DNA of 64,000 nucleotides from an archaeon (GTDB taxonomy: Archaea > Nanobdellota > Nanobdellia > Pacearchaeales > DTIR01), in assembly GCA_043808285.1 (NCBI GenBank), contig JAZDFA010000015.1, positions 46,085 to 110,084 on the forward strand, read 5' to 3'. Each line of letters starts with the position of its first letter. The first letter of the stretch is position 1. Below are positions 40,343-48,340 of this stretch, one piece after another. The translations under genes and the position numbers were made by a program. Under the pieces are notes generated by a model that saw only the letters and a list, made by a program, of their open reading frames with translations, had not been told where the DNA came from and did not search any database.

Positions 40343-41230
40343 TTAGTATATCTTCTTTTTCTCGCAATACCATTTTAACAACCCTGCATTCCCAAGCCAA
40401 GTTGAGAATATATCCACTATAAGCCCCAGGCTTAATATCATGAATATTTCTGTCAAAACACTTGATATATTTCTTACAACAAAGAATGCAATCAATACTG
40501 CAATCAAGGAGGTTAATGTCATGGTTATTCCAGTGAGAAAAGAATTCCATATCCTATCATTTATTTTTAATTCCCTCTTCCTTAATGCTCGATTAGTAAG
40601 CATTATGTCTGTATCTACTGAATAACCTATTAACATGAGTAATGCTGCAATTCCTGCTCCGGAAACTTTGAATCCCATCAAATCCAGTACTGCTAAGGGG
40701 ACTAATATGTCTGTCACTGCTGCCTGTATTACTGCTATTGCTGGAATAAATGTTCTAAACAAAAAGAATATGACTATCGCCATCAAGACAAAAGCTATTA
40801 GCATTGCATTTCTTAGCTCTTTATAAAAACTCTCGCTTAATGAAGACCCTGTAAATTCTATACTTGAGTTTTCTTCTGTAAGAGTATATCCTAAATATTT
40901 TTCCACTAGGGGCTTAATCTCGTTTATGTCCTTGTTTGTTTCTATAATAAATGCTATCTGCTTGCCAGTATTTAGTTCGCTCAACTTCCTTATTGATACT
41001 CCCTCTGGCAACGATTTCTCTAAGGGAGAAATATCCATTCCAGAATTAACAGTTAAGATTGTTCCACCGCTCAAGCTAACATCTTTGTACATTATATCTC
41101 CAGTACTAAAATAAAAGAAGATTAGATATCCTATCGTAACTAATGTCACTGTAAAAGAAATAGCTATTAATGTCTTGTAATTCTTGTCATACCAGTCACT
41201 TAATCTCTTTCCCTTCTCAATATCATTCAT
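40343..41230 (-). CDS. secF: Protein translocase subunit SecF
   Basis: DVSLSGGT, IAALLMLIGYSVDTDIMLT, GL.VD...TWL.NAG. Confidence 0.9.
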   Translation of the reverse strand: MNDIEKGKRLSDWYDKNYKTLIAISFTVTLVTIGYLIFFYFSTGDIMYKDVSLSGGTILTVNSGMDISPLEKSLPEGVSIRKLSELNTGKQIAFIIETNKDINEIKPLVEKYLGYTLTEENSSIEFTGSSLSESFYKELRNAMLIAFVLMAIVIFFLFRTFIPAIAVIQAAVTDILVPLAVLDLMGFKVSGAGIAALLMLIGYSVDTDIMLTNRALRKRELKINDRIWNSFLTGITMTLTSLIAVLIAFFVVRNISSVLTEIFMILSLGLIVDIFSTWLGNAGLLKWYCEKKKIY

Positions 41231-41250
41231 CTTTCATCAAAATATCGGTG

Positions 41251-41270
41251 TTTTAAAAACCTTTTTAAAT
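41251..41270. promoter_or_regulatory. Back-to-back TATA boxes for secF and tRNA-Gly
   Basis: TTTTAAAA (41251-58) and TTTAAAT (41264-70), each about 21-30 nt from the respective start. Confidence 0.5.
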
Positions 41271-41293
41271 GTCTTATTATTAGGGAATTAAAT

Positions 41294-41365
41294 GCGCTGG
41301 TGGTCCAATGGCTAAGACTTCAGCCTTCCAAGCTGATTATCCGGGTTCGAATCCCGGCCGGCGCA
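41294..41365 (+). tRNA. tRNA-Gly(TCC)
   Basis: GCGCTGG/CCGGCGC acceptor; TCAGC-CT TCC AA-GCTGA; GTTCGAATC; no encoded CCA. Confidence 0.95.
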
Positions 41366-41368
41366 TCC

Positions 41369-42070
41369 CTAATATTTCTTGTTAAAATAAAGAAACCTTT
41401 TATGTCCTTCAAAAACTCCTAGGAATTCATTAACCTTGCCCTCTAAATCTTCTTTATTGCAAGATTTGGGAGGTTCTAGGGGAGTCAAATAATCAATATA
41501 GAGGGAATTTAGTTTAGGATGAAGCACATTGTTTACATCTTTGCTATTCTTGCTTATGTAAACTGGAAGTATCTTTCTTTTAGAATGAGCAGAAAGCCAT
41601 GCAATCCCCCAATACATTCTCCTGTCCTCTGTTAGATGTGCTGGTCCTTCTGGGAAAATGCCTACGCATTCTCCATTGTCAAGATATCTAAGTCCTTGTC
41701 TAATCTTATTAGATGAGAATGTCTCTAAACGCTCTAGATATCTCTTTGTGGCTAGTTTCATATATTGGATATCCTGAACCATAAAATGAACTTTCTTAGG
41801 ATATTTTGCACCGACAAAAAGATGATCTATCCATCTTGTCCTTTTGTCTTTATCCCTCAAAAAAGGATTAACTAATACCTTTAGTTTATGATTAATCGCC
41901 AAAATAACGGGTTCACTTGGAATCTCACCAGATTCATAAACCCTAAATCCTGCATAAGGTACAATAGATAAAAAGTCTATTGTTTTATTTAATGCCCCGA
42001 TTGTTTGATCATACGATTTATTTGACATATTATGTCTCAGAAAGAGTCTGAGGTCCCTAACCACCCCCAA
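41369..42070 (-). CDS. Lysophospholipid acyltransferase (PlsC-like)
   Basis: VILAINH, VHFM, GIFPEG, GIAWL, ILPVYI; start uncertain (TTG 42070 or ATG 42028). Confidence 0.7.
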   Translation of the reverse strand: MGVVRDLRLFLRHNMSNKSYDQTIGALNKTIDFLSIVPYAGFRVYESGEIPSEPVILAINHKLKVLVNPFLRDKDKRTRWIDHLFVGAKYPKKVHFMVQDIQYMKLATKRYLERLETFSSNKIRQGLRYLDNGECVGIFPEGPAHLTEDRRMYWGIAWLSAHSKRKILPVYISKNSKDVNNVLHPKLNSLYIDYLTPLEPPKSCNKEDLEGKVNEFLGVFEGHKRFLYFNKKY

Positions 42071-42114
42071 AATTATCTAAATAATGTTAGTTTTGCTATT
42101 TAAAAAATTATCTA

Positions 42115-42203
42115 CGCCCCCCCGAGGATTTGAACCCCGGACCCTCTCATTTCTTCCAGACTATTAGGAGTGAGATGCTCTATCCAAGCTGAGCTAGGAG
42201 GGC
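42115..42203 (-). tRNA. tRNA-Arg(CCT) with 14-nt intron at 37/38 (42151-42164)
   Basis: GCCCTCC/GGGGGGC acceptor; TCTCA-CT CCT A[ATAGTCTGGAAGAA]A-TGAGA; GTTCAAATC. Confidence 0.92.
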
Positions 42204-42260
42204 ACAAAAACAAAACGTTGTTTTGTCAGGAAAACTTAAGAAAAAGGGTATATAAAAGGC

Positions 42261-42776
42261 TTACTTTTTGCCGAAAATAAAAAATCCCTTCTTTTTTTCC
42301 TTTGGTTCATTCTTCCTTATAAAAAGAACAGGTACATTATATGCCTGTGCTGTTTTTGCCTGAACTAAATCTGCGGTTATGAGTGTGGCATTATTTTTTC
42401 TTGCAATCTCCCTAATCAATGCGTCAATCTCTCCAGATTTTGCAAATTTTATCTGGTGCTCATTGGGCCTTAACCCCTCAAAATAAACCGAGAAATTATG
42501 GTGCTTCTTTAGTTGATGCAACATTGTTATTTCTTCCAATCCTATAAATCCTGCTTCAACTCCCTTGTTTGCAAGATTCTCTAGCTCAGCCATAACTGCA
42601 TTAGGAATTATGAATTTTCCCTTAAGCCCTCTTTTTATCAGCTTTCTAATTGATTGGTTTATTGCTACATTCGTATCTATTACGTAAGTCTTTATGTCCG
42701 TGCTTATCTGCCTATTTAGCCCTCTTCTTGCCTTTCTCTTTATTTGCTCGCTAACGCCTTTTTTTTTCTTATCCAT
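42261..42776 (-). CDS. Stand-alone PIN domain resembling the N-terminus of the PINA ATPase
   Basis: VIDTNV, AVMAELENLAN.G...G..GLEE, AKSGEIDALIR, LITAD.VQA. Confidence 0.8.
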   Translation of the reverse strand: MDKKKKGVSEQIKRKARRGLNRQISTDIKTYVIDTNVAINQSIRKLIKRGLKGKFIIPNAVMAELENLANKGVEAGFIGLEEITMLHQLKKHHNFSVYFEGLRPNEHQIKFAKSGEIDALIREIARKNNATLITADLVQAKTAQAYNVPVLFIRKNEPKEKKKGFFIFGKK

Positions 42777-42783
42777 TTTTAGA

Positions 42784-42867
42784 TGCGGGAGATAGGATTC
42801 GAACCTATGTAGGCACTAAGCCAATACGTCTTGAGCGTATCCCGTTTGGCCACTCCGGCACCCCCGC
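42784..42867 (-). tRNA. tRNA-Leu(CAA)
   Basis: GCGGGGG/CTCCCGC acceptor; ATACG-CT CAA GA-CGTAT; long variable arm. Confidence 0.95.
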
Positions 42868-42963
42868 ATAATCCTAAACATTAAGAGAGACTTATAAAGA
42901 TTTCTTTGAATATTACATAGAAGTCATGTCATAATTTCAATTATTAAAACCGAAACAATAAGA

Positions 42964-42971
42964 TTTAAAAA
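42964..42971 (+). promoter_or_regulatory. TATA box of the 5S rRNA gene
   Basis: TTTAAAAA about 21-28 nt upstream of the 5S start. Confidence 0.55.
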
Positions 42972-42991
42972 CCCCCCTTCATAGCCTATAT

Positions 42992-43104
42992 TGAAGACGG
43001 CCATAGCAAGTAGGAAACACCTCTTCCCATCAGAACAGAGAAGTTAAGCTGCTTGCGTTTTAGGTTGTAGTCTCTTCGGAGGCGAACCCCAAAAGCTGTC
43101 CTCA
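42992..43104 (+). rRNA. rrf: 5S rRNA, stand-alone
   Basis: GGCCATAGC, AAACACC..TCCCAT.AGAAC..GAAGTTAAGC conserved blocks; terminal helix TGAAGACGGC/GCTGTCCTCA; followed by a T-run. Confidence 0.92.
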
Positions 43105-43189
43105 CTTTTTATAATCTCTTAGATTTTTCAATTAGATTTTTAAGCGTATTTACCTCCCTTATTCTTGTCATAAGTTTCAATTTACGGAC

Positions 43190-43477
43190 ATGAGCAAAAA
43201 AAAGGAAAAGGCTATTGCAGAGAGGCAAATTAGAATGTTATTTGCAAAAGCGAAAAAAAGCTCTTTTGACTCTCAAATCTCTAAAGAATTTGTTAGAAAA
43301 GCAAGAAAAGAAGCGATGCATCTAAACATAAAACTTTCTAAAGAAACAAGGCAAAAGTTCTGTAAAAAATGCCTCAGTTACTTCAATACTAACAATTGCC
43401 AAATTAGAATTAAAAAAGGATTTAGAGTAATAAAATGCACTAATTGCAAGTGCCTTTCAAGATATAAACTGCTTTAA
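43190..43477 (+). CDS. rnp4: RNase P protein component 4 (Rpp21)
   Basis: IA..QI..LF..A, V..AR..A, FCKKC...CTNC zinc ribbon. Confidence 0.85.
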   Translation: MSKKKEKAIAERQIRMLFAKAKKSSFDSQISKEFVRKARKEAMHLNIKLSKETRQKFCKKCLSYFNTNNCQIRIKKGFRVIKCTNCKCLSRYKLL

Positions 43478-43483
43478 GAAAAA

Positions 43484-43681
43484 TTAAAATTTCTTGAATT
43501 TTCCAACTAATTCTATCAAATCTACATGTCCAATAAATATAGCTCGGCAGCAGTATCTTTCTAAACCCAAGTTATCTAAAACCTTTTTAGGGTCTTCTCC
43601 TTTAGCAACTCTCTCTTTGAATTCTTCCCAAAGATGTGCAATTGGTTTGCCGCATGAAAAACATCTTACCGGTATTATCAT
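43484..43681 (-). CDS. rpoN: RNA polymerase subunit N (Rpo10)
   Basis: [12 protein letters not shown]...RYCCR. Confidence 0.97.
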   Translation of the reverse strand: MIIPVRCFSCGKPIAHLWEEFKERVAKGEDPKKVLDNLGLERYCCRAIFIGHVDLIELVGKFKKF

Positions 43682-43711
43682 TTTTGTGTATATCTTGATT
43701 GTTTTTTAAAT

Positions 43712-44134
43712 TTATCTGTATGATTTTTGTCTCTTTGCTCTTGCTTTACTGTCATTTGGCTTGTACTGTTCCTTTCTTCTTACATCTGCAACAAGCAAAA
43801 ATCTGTCATAAGAAGTAAATGCCTTCTTTAATTCTGCACTTTTAGTGTATGCAACAATTGCTCTTGCTATTGCTAATCTTGAAGCTTCTATCTGGCTTTC
43901 TACACCTCCACCAATAACATTAACAGAAATATCAAATTGCAATGGTTCTTGCTTCAATGTTTCGCAAGCAATTCTTAGAGGTTCTTCTACCATGAATCTT
44001 CTTATAGTACTTAAAAAAGTTAGAGGCCTCTTGTTAATTCTTATTATTCCAGTTCCTGGTTTTATTGATGCCCTAGCTATTGCTGTTTTTCTCTTTCCTG
44101 AAATTGTTATTGTATCTGATTTTTTCTTTACCAT
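43712..44134 (-). CDS. rps9: 30S ribosomal protein S9
   Basis: GKRKTAIARA, GGG..SQ, ARAKRQKSYR. Confidence 0.97.
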   Translation of the reverse strand: MVKKKSDTITISGKRKTAIARASIKPGTGIIRINKRPLTFLSTIRRFMVEEPLRIACETLKQEPLQFDISVNVIGGGVESQIEASRLAIARAIVAYTKSAELKKAFTSYDRFLLVADVRRKEQYKPNDSKARAKRQKSYR

Positions 44135-44136
44135 TT

Positions 44137-44535
44137 TTAATTAGAATTAAGCTCCTTTACTTTTAAAGATTTTATCCTTTTCTTTACTGCAATAGTTATC
44201 TTTTTCGAATCAGTATATTTTAAAGGCGTAGCCCCATAGCATAAAACTCTCTTGTATGCCATGAGTCCTCTTCCTTTTTTATACGCAAGCATGCCTCTTA
44301 CTGCTCTTTTTACTATTCTTGCAGGAGTTTTTGGGAAGAAAGGACCTTTAATATCTCCCCTGCTAGTTTTTCTTCTATAATCCTCTATTATATTTGCCTT
44401 GTTTCCAAGTATTACTGCCTTGTCGCAATTAAGAATGAATACCTTATTTCCGAGAAGAGCTTGCTTTGCAGCAAAACTTGCTAATCTTCCCAAGACAGAA
44501 TCTGCAGCATCAATAATAAATTCTTCTGATTTCAT
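44137..44535 (-). CDS. rpl13: 50S ribosomal protein L13
   Basis: IIDA..VLGRLAS..AK, GPFFPK.P, VRGML; start 44535 overlaps rpl18e stop. Confidence 0.95.
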   Translation of the reverse strand: MKSEEFIIDAADSVLGRLASFAAKQALLGNKVFILNCDKAVILGNKANIIEDYRRKTSRGDIKGPFFPKTPARIVKRAVRGMLAYKKGRGLMAYKRVLCYGATPLKYTDSKKITIAVKKRIKSLKVKELNSN

Positions 44536-44882
44536 TTTAATATCCTGGCGTCCTTTTCTTTTGCCATCTCTTCTATGCTCTTTACTAAGCAATTTTTTAA
44601 TTTGTTTTTTGCATCTGAAGAAAATGAAACTGCTGCAATTGTTATCTTATGATTTATATCTCCAGAACCTAATACTTTTCCAGGAACTATTATTTTATCC
44701 CCCTCTTTTGTTTCTCTTGCTAATCTGCCGATGTTTACAGTTATGTTCTTTCTCCTAGGAAATGAAAGCAATGAAGCTAAATCTATTTTATTCTGCTTTT
44801 TCATAGTTATGACTATTTGTTTGAGTTCCTGATTTGTTTTTCTTCTTATCTGTTTGTCTATTTTTGTTTTGCTTTTTGTCAT
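44532..44882 (-). CDS. rpl18e: 50S ribosomal protein L18e
   Basis: VNIGRL, VPGKVLGSG, AAVSFS..A. Confidence 0.95.
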   Translation of the reverse strand: MTKSKTKIDKQIRRKTNQELKQIVITMKKQNKIDLASLLSFPRRKNITVNIGRLARETKEGDKIIVPGKVLGSGDINHKITIAAVSFSSDAKNKLKNCLVKSIEEMAKEKDARILK

Positions 44883-44912
44883 TTTCTTAGTTTTTAACTT
44901 TAGATTATTATA

Positions 44913-44996
44913 TGCGGGGGATAGGGATCGAACCTATGTAGGCACTAAGCCACTTGGTCCTTAGCCAAGTCCGTTTGACCGCTCCGGCACTCCCGC
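44913..44996 (-). tRNA. tRNA-Leu(AAG)
   Basis: GCGGGAG/CCCCCGC acceptor; CTTGG-CT AAG GA-CCAAG; variable arm identical to tRNA-Leu(CAA); anticodon at 44962-44960. Confidence 0.92.
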
Positions 44997-45102
44997 GCTA
45001 ACCTCCTAGTTAGAGAAATCCTTGATTCCCCTGTTAGCGGGGGTTTTTTGCTGTTTATAATCTTTATTATGTCAAGAAAATCTTAACTGATTTTCTTAGG
45101 TC

Positions 45103-45879
45103 TCAAATCTTATCTGCTTTCTTTTCTAATTCTTTGAGGTTTTCATTTAATGCTTTAACTGCTTCTATAAACATATCTTTTGCACTTATTTGTCCCCAAG
45201 ATTCCATAATAAATATAAAATCGGTGTTTGAAGCCTTTATGTCTAAGGCATTCTTTCCGCATTTGTTGCATGCATCTAGACAAGCCTCACATATATCGCA
45301 ATCTTCTATATTTTCAATAACAATCTTCCCTTCTTTCTCCTTCAAAATATTAAGAGGACAAGATTTTACACATTCCTTGCAAAAATCACAATTTTTATTG
45401 ATATTTATTGAACATGAAGGCTTGTAATAAAAGAGACCTGGTGAAAACTTAGCATGCTCTTTTGCTTTACCTAATCTGGCTGTAGCACTTAACTCTAGTT
45501 CCTGTCCATCAGCCAAAATAACTAGGGGCATTTTTTCATAAACTACGTCTGCTTTTCCTTTCAAATCTGAAGAATATACCGTACATGGGCCTTTTCTCTC
45601 CAGTTTGAATGTGATAGTGCATTTGCTGCAGCCCTTCCCATTGCAATCGCATTCTTCTTGCAGATTCAATTTCTCTGACTTGAAAACAACCAATCCAATC
45701 CTTAATGCAAGAATTTCATCATAAAGCGCAGAATCATTTTTTGAAAATTCAACTGTGTCTATAGCCAATATAGGAACTTCTTGCAAAGACCTTCTTAATG
45801 AATTTGCAATTGTTTCATTTATTCCGCTTACTAAAAATTTTATCTGATTATCTTTTTTGCTTATTGCTTTTATTTCCAT
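45103..45879 (-). CDS. rpoD: RNA polymerase subunit D (Rpo3) with ferredoxin-like insert
   Basis: ANSLRR, NDSALYDEILALRIGL, KEHAKF; CDFCKECVKSCP and CDICEACLDAC; start 45879. Confidence 0.95.
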   Translation of the reverse strand: MEIKAISKKDNQIKFLVSGINETIANSLRRSLQEVPILAIDTVEFSKNDSALYDEILALRIGLVVFKSEKLNLQEECDCNGKGCSKCTITFKLERKGPCTVYSSDLKGKADVVYEKMPLVILADGQELELSATARLGKAKEHAKFSPGLFYYKPSCSININKNCDFCKECVKSCPLNILKEKEGKIVIENIEDCDICEACLDACNKCGKNALDIKASNTDFIFIMESWGQISAKDMFIEAVKALNENLKELEKKADKI

Positions 45880-45880
45880 T

Positions 45881-46294
45881 TTACACTCTCCTTCCTCTCT
45901 TTCCCCCAGGAGCTTTAGGACCCCCCCTAGGCAATGCAGTAGTATCAATGATATTTATTATATGTATTCCCTCTCTTGAAATGCTTTTTACTGCTGCATG
46001 TGCTCCAGGACCCGGAGCAGGACTTCCTGTTTTAGCTTTTATTCTTACATATAGGCTTTTTATTCCAAATTCCTTCGCTTTTTCAGCAGCCCTTTTTGCA
46101 GAGAACATTGCAACAGTAGGATTTGCCTTTAATCTATCTTGTTTTGTTACCATTCCACCAGACATTCTTGCAAGAGTATTGCCAGCTAAATCGGTTATAT
46201 GGACTATAGTATTATTAAAGCTAGTATAAATATAAGCTATCCCAGTATCGTCAATCTTTTTTCTGGTTTCTTCTTTTATTTGTGTTGTTTCCAT
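45881..46294 (-). CDS. rps11: 30S ribosomal protein S11
   Basis: SFNNTIVHITD, SGGM, PGPGA, GGKRGRRV. Confidence 0.97.
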   Translation of the reverse strand: METTQIKEETRKKIDDTGIAYIYTSFNNTIVHITDLAGNTLARMSGGMVTKQDRLKANPTVAMFSAKRAAEKAKEFGIKSLYVRIKAKTGSPAPGPGAHAAVKSISREGIHIINIIDTTALPRGGPKAPGGKRGRRV

Positions 46295-46414
46295 TTTTTA
46301 CTCTTCTTTTACCTCTTCAATTTTTTCTGTTTTCTTCTAATTCTTACTTGCAACATCCTTTTTGTCGTTTGTGTTGTTTCCATTTTTTACTCTTCTTTTA
46401 CCTCTTCAATTTTT
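46279..46414. repeat. 47-bp direct repeat duplicating the rps4/rps11 junction
   Basis: TTTGTGTTGTTTCCATTTTTTACTCTTCTTTTACCTCTTCAATTTTT at 46279-46325 and 46368-46414. Confidence 0.9.
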
Positions 46415-46887
46415 GAAGTTTTTTTATCTTTCTTGAGCTCAAGTACTATTTTTATATCCTTCTCTAATTTTACTGGAACGGGATAAGAAGGAATATTAAT
46501 TATTCTTCCTGCAACCCAGATATGCTTGTGAGTTATTAATTGTCTAGCCTGTTTTAGAGTTTTTGCTATGCCTTTTTTAAAGATTATTGTCTGTAATCTC
46601 CTTTCCAGTAGGTCTTCTTTCTTAAGTCCCAATACTTCGTCAATAGTCTTTACATTCAATCCATAATCTTGCATTTTTTCTAAAAACTTTTTCTGTTTAG
46701 AGGTATCTGATAAAATTGTCTTTGCCAAAGTCCTTAAATTATTCAGTTTGAACTCTATCTTCCATATCTCTCTCTTATTCTTTAATCCATATTGCTTCTC
46801 TAGTATATTTTCTTCAGCAATTCTATTCTTCTCGAACATCTTTCTGGGTCTTGCAAATCTTTTGTGTATTCTTCTTGGGTCTCCCAT
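46387..46887 (-). CDS. rps4: 30S ribosomal protein S4
   Basis: [31 protein letters not shown]. Confidence 0.97.
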   Translation of the reverse strand: MGDPRRIHKRFARPRKMFEKNRIAEENILEKQYGLKNKREIWKIEFKLNNLRTLAKTILSDTSKQKKFLEKMQDYGLNVKTIDEVLGLKKEDLLERRLQTIIFKKGIAKTLKQARQLITHKHIWVAGRIINIPSYPVPVKLEKDIKIVLELKKDKKTSKIEEVKEE

Positions 46888-46895
46888 TTTTGTTC

Positions 46896-47462
46896 CTACT
46901 TCTTACCTGCCTTTGCGGTTGCCTTTGCAGCAGGTGATGCTGCGGGCTTAGATTTTGTTTTGTGAACTCCTAATGATTTGCCAGAAGTCCTAAAGTGACT
47001 CTTTGTTCTTTGCCCTCTTACTGGCTGTCCTGAAGCGTGTCTCCAGCCCTTATAACTTCTTATCTTCTTCATATTCCTTATATCAAACTCCTTTTGAAGG
47101 TCTAAATCTGTTTTAATAAGATGCTTATCTACTCCGCTCTCAACATCTCTTCTCCTATTCATTATAAATACTGGTAGGGAAGGTTTTTTTAAGAATTCAG
47201 TTATTTTTTCTATCTCCGATTCAGTCAGAGAATTCATTTTCTTTTTTCCATCTAATTTAAGAAGATGACACATTGCATTTGAAATGCTCCAAGAGATCCC
47301 TTTTATCTTTGTAAGCCCGCAATAAATTGCTGATGTGGCCGGAATATCTGTAGCCATAATTCTAACTATGCCTGCTGCATAGATTTTTTCTTCTTTCTGC
47401 ATTTTATTCTGTCTCTCTTGCTTATTACTGTCTTGCCTTTCTTGCTTATCTTGTTTTTCCAT
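46896..47462 (-). CDS. rps13: 30S ribosomal protein S13
   Basis: [29 protein letters not shown]. Confidence 0.97.
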   Translation of the reverse strand: MEKQDKQERQDSNKQERQNKMQKEEKIYAAGIVRIMATDIPATSAIYCGLTKIKGISWSISNAMCHLLKLDGKKKMNSLTESEIEKITEFLKKPSLPVFIMNRRRDVESGVDKHLIKTDLDLQKEFDIRNMKKIRSYKGWRHASGQPVRGQRTKSHFRTSGKSLGVHKTKSKPAASPAAKATAKAGKK

Positions 47463-47470
47463 TTTTTTGT

Positions 47471-48013
47471 TTATGCTACGAATAATCTGTACCTCTCAGA
47501 TTGTTCTAATTCTTTCAATATCCTTTTTTCTATTGCTTTTTTAGGATCTGGAAGATTGGGTATTCTTTTCTTTATATCTTCAAAATTTTCAAATAGGCTT
47601 TTTTCCCTTTCTTCAACTACTGCCTTGGTATGCTTTATTCCAAACCCGGGCAATAACTCAAGTTGATGTAACCTAGTATTTATCGGCTGAGCATTATTGA
47701 AAAAATCAACAAATTTTTTCTCTTCCTTATTAACAGCTTCTTCTACAAACTCTTGGAGCTGTAATTTTGCGGTCTCAGTAATCTTCTCTTTTGGGATTCT
47801 TCCAAAAATATAGTATATCTTATCCCTTTTACCTTCTCCAATATAAACCTCTTCCTTGAGTTGTAATGTAACTCCTCTTCTTGGAATAAGCTGCAGTAAT
47901 GTAAAATTTACTGTCCCTATAGCCTGGGCTAGGGGCATCATTTTTCCCTCTAAGGGATAACCATTCGGTAAAAAATCTAGTATTATCGCTTTTTCTTCTT
48001 TTTCCATGTTCAT
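47471..48013 (-). CDS. DUF655 family putative nucleic-acid-binding protein
   Basis: LDFLPNG, QAIG..FTLL, FFN.AQP..TRLHQLELLPG.G; conserved neighbour of rpoF. Confidence 0.9.
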   Translation of the reverse strand: MNMEKEEKAIILDFLPNGYPLEGKMMPLAQAIGTVNFTLLQLIPRRGVTLQLKEEVYIGEGKRDKIYYIFGRIPKEKITETAKLQLQEFVEEAVNKEEKKFVDFFNNAQPINTRLHQLELLPGFGIKHTKAVVEEREKSLFENFEDIKKRIPNLPDPKKAIEKRILKELEQSERYRLFVA

Positions 48014-48324
48014 TAAAGGTATTTTTTAGTAACCTCAAGTATTTTGCTGATTTCATTTTCATCTAAACTAGCCTCTGAAAATATTTTTCTTACATCATCT
48101 GCATCTTCTGGGAGAATATCAATTATCTTGGCTATATTTTCTTGTTTGAGCTTTATTAATCCCATTCCTTCTAACTCCTGATTAAGTTTTTTTGAATCTA
48201 CTGATTTAATTTTTAAAAATTTTTTTGCATAATCTTTTACTTGATTTATCTTTTCTGTTTCTTCTTTCTCTGAGAGGATATCATTAACCTCTGAAATAGA
48301 CAATGGTTTTACTGATTTTATCAT
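48013..48324 (-). CDS. rpoF: RNA polymerase subunit F (Rpo4)
   Basis: YAKKF, KIIDILP..DDVR.IF; position between rpl21e and DUF655. Confidence 0.9.
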   Translation of the reverse strand: MIKSVKPLSISEVNDILSEKEETEKINQVKDYAKKFLKIKSVDSKKLNQELEGMGLIKLKQENIAKIIDILPEDADDVRKIFSEASLDENEISKILEVTKKYL

Positions 48325-48340
48325 TTTTTGGTTCCTTAAT

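Noticed and set aside
43105..43190. RNase P RNA or SRP RNA near rnp4
   Set aside because: Spacer is too short and AT-rich, and no conserved motifs were seen.
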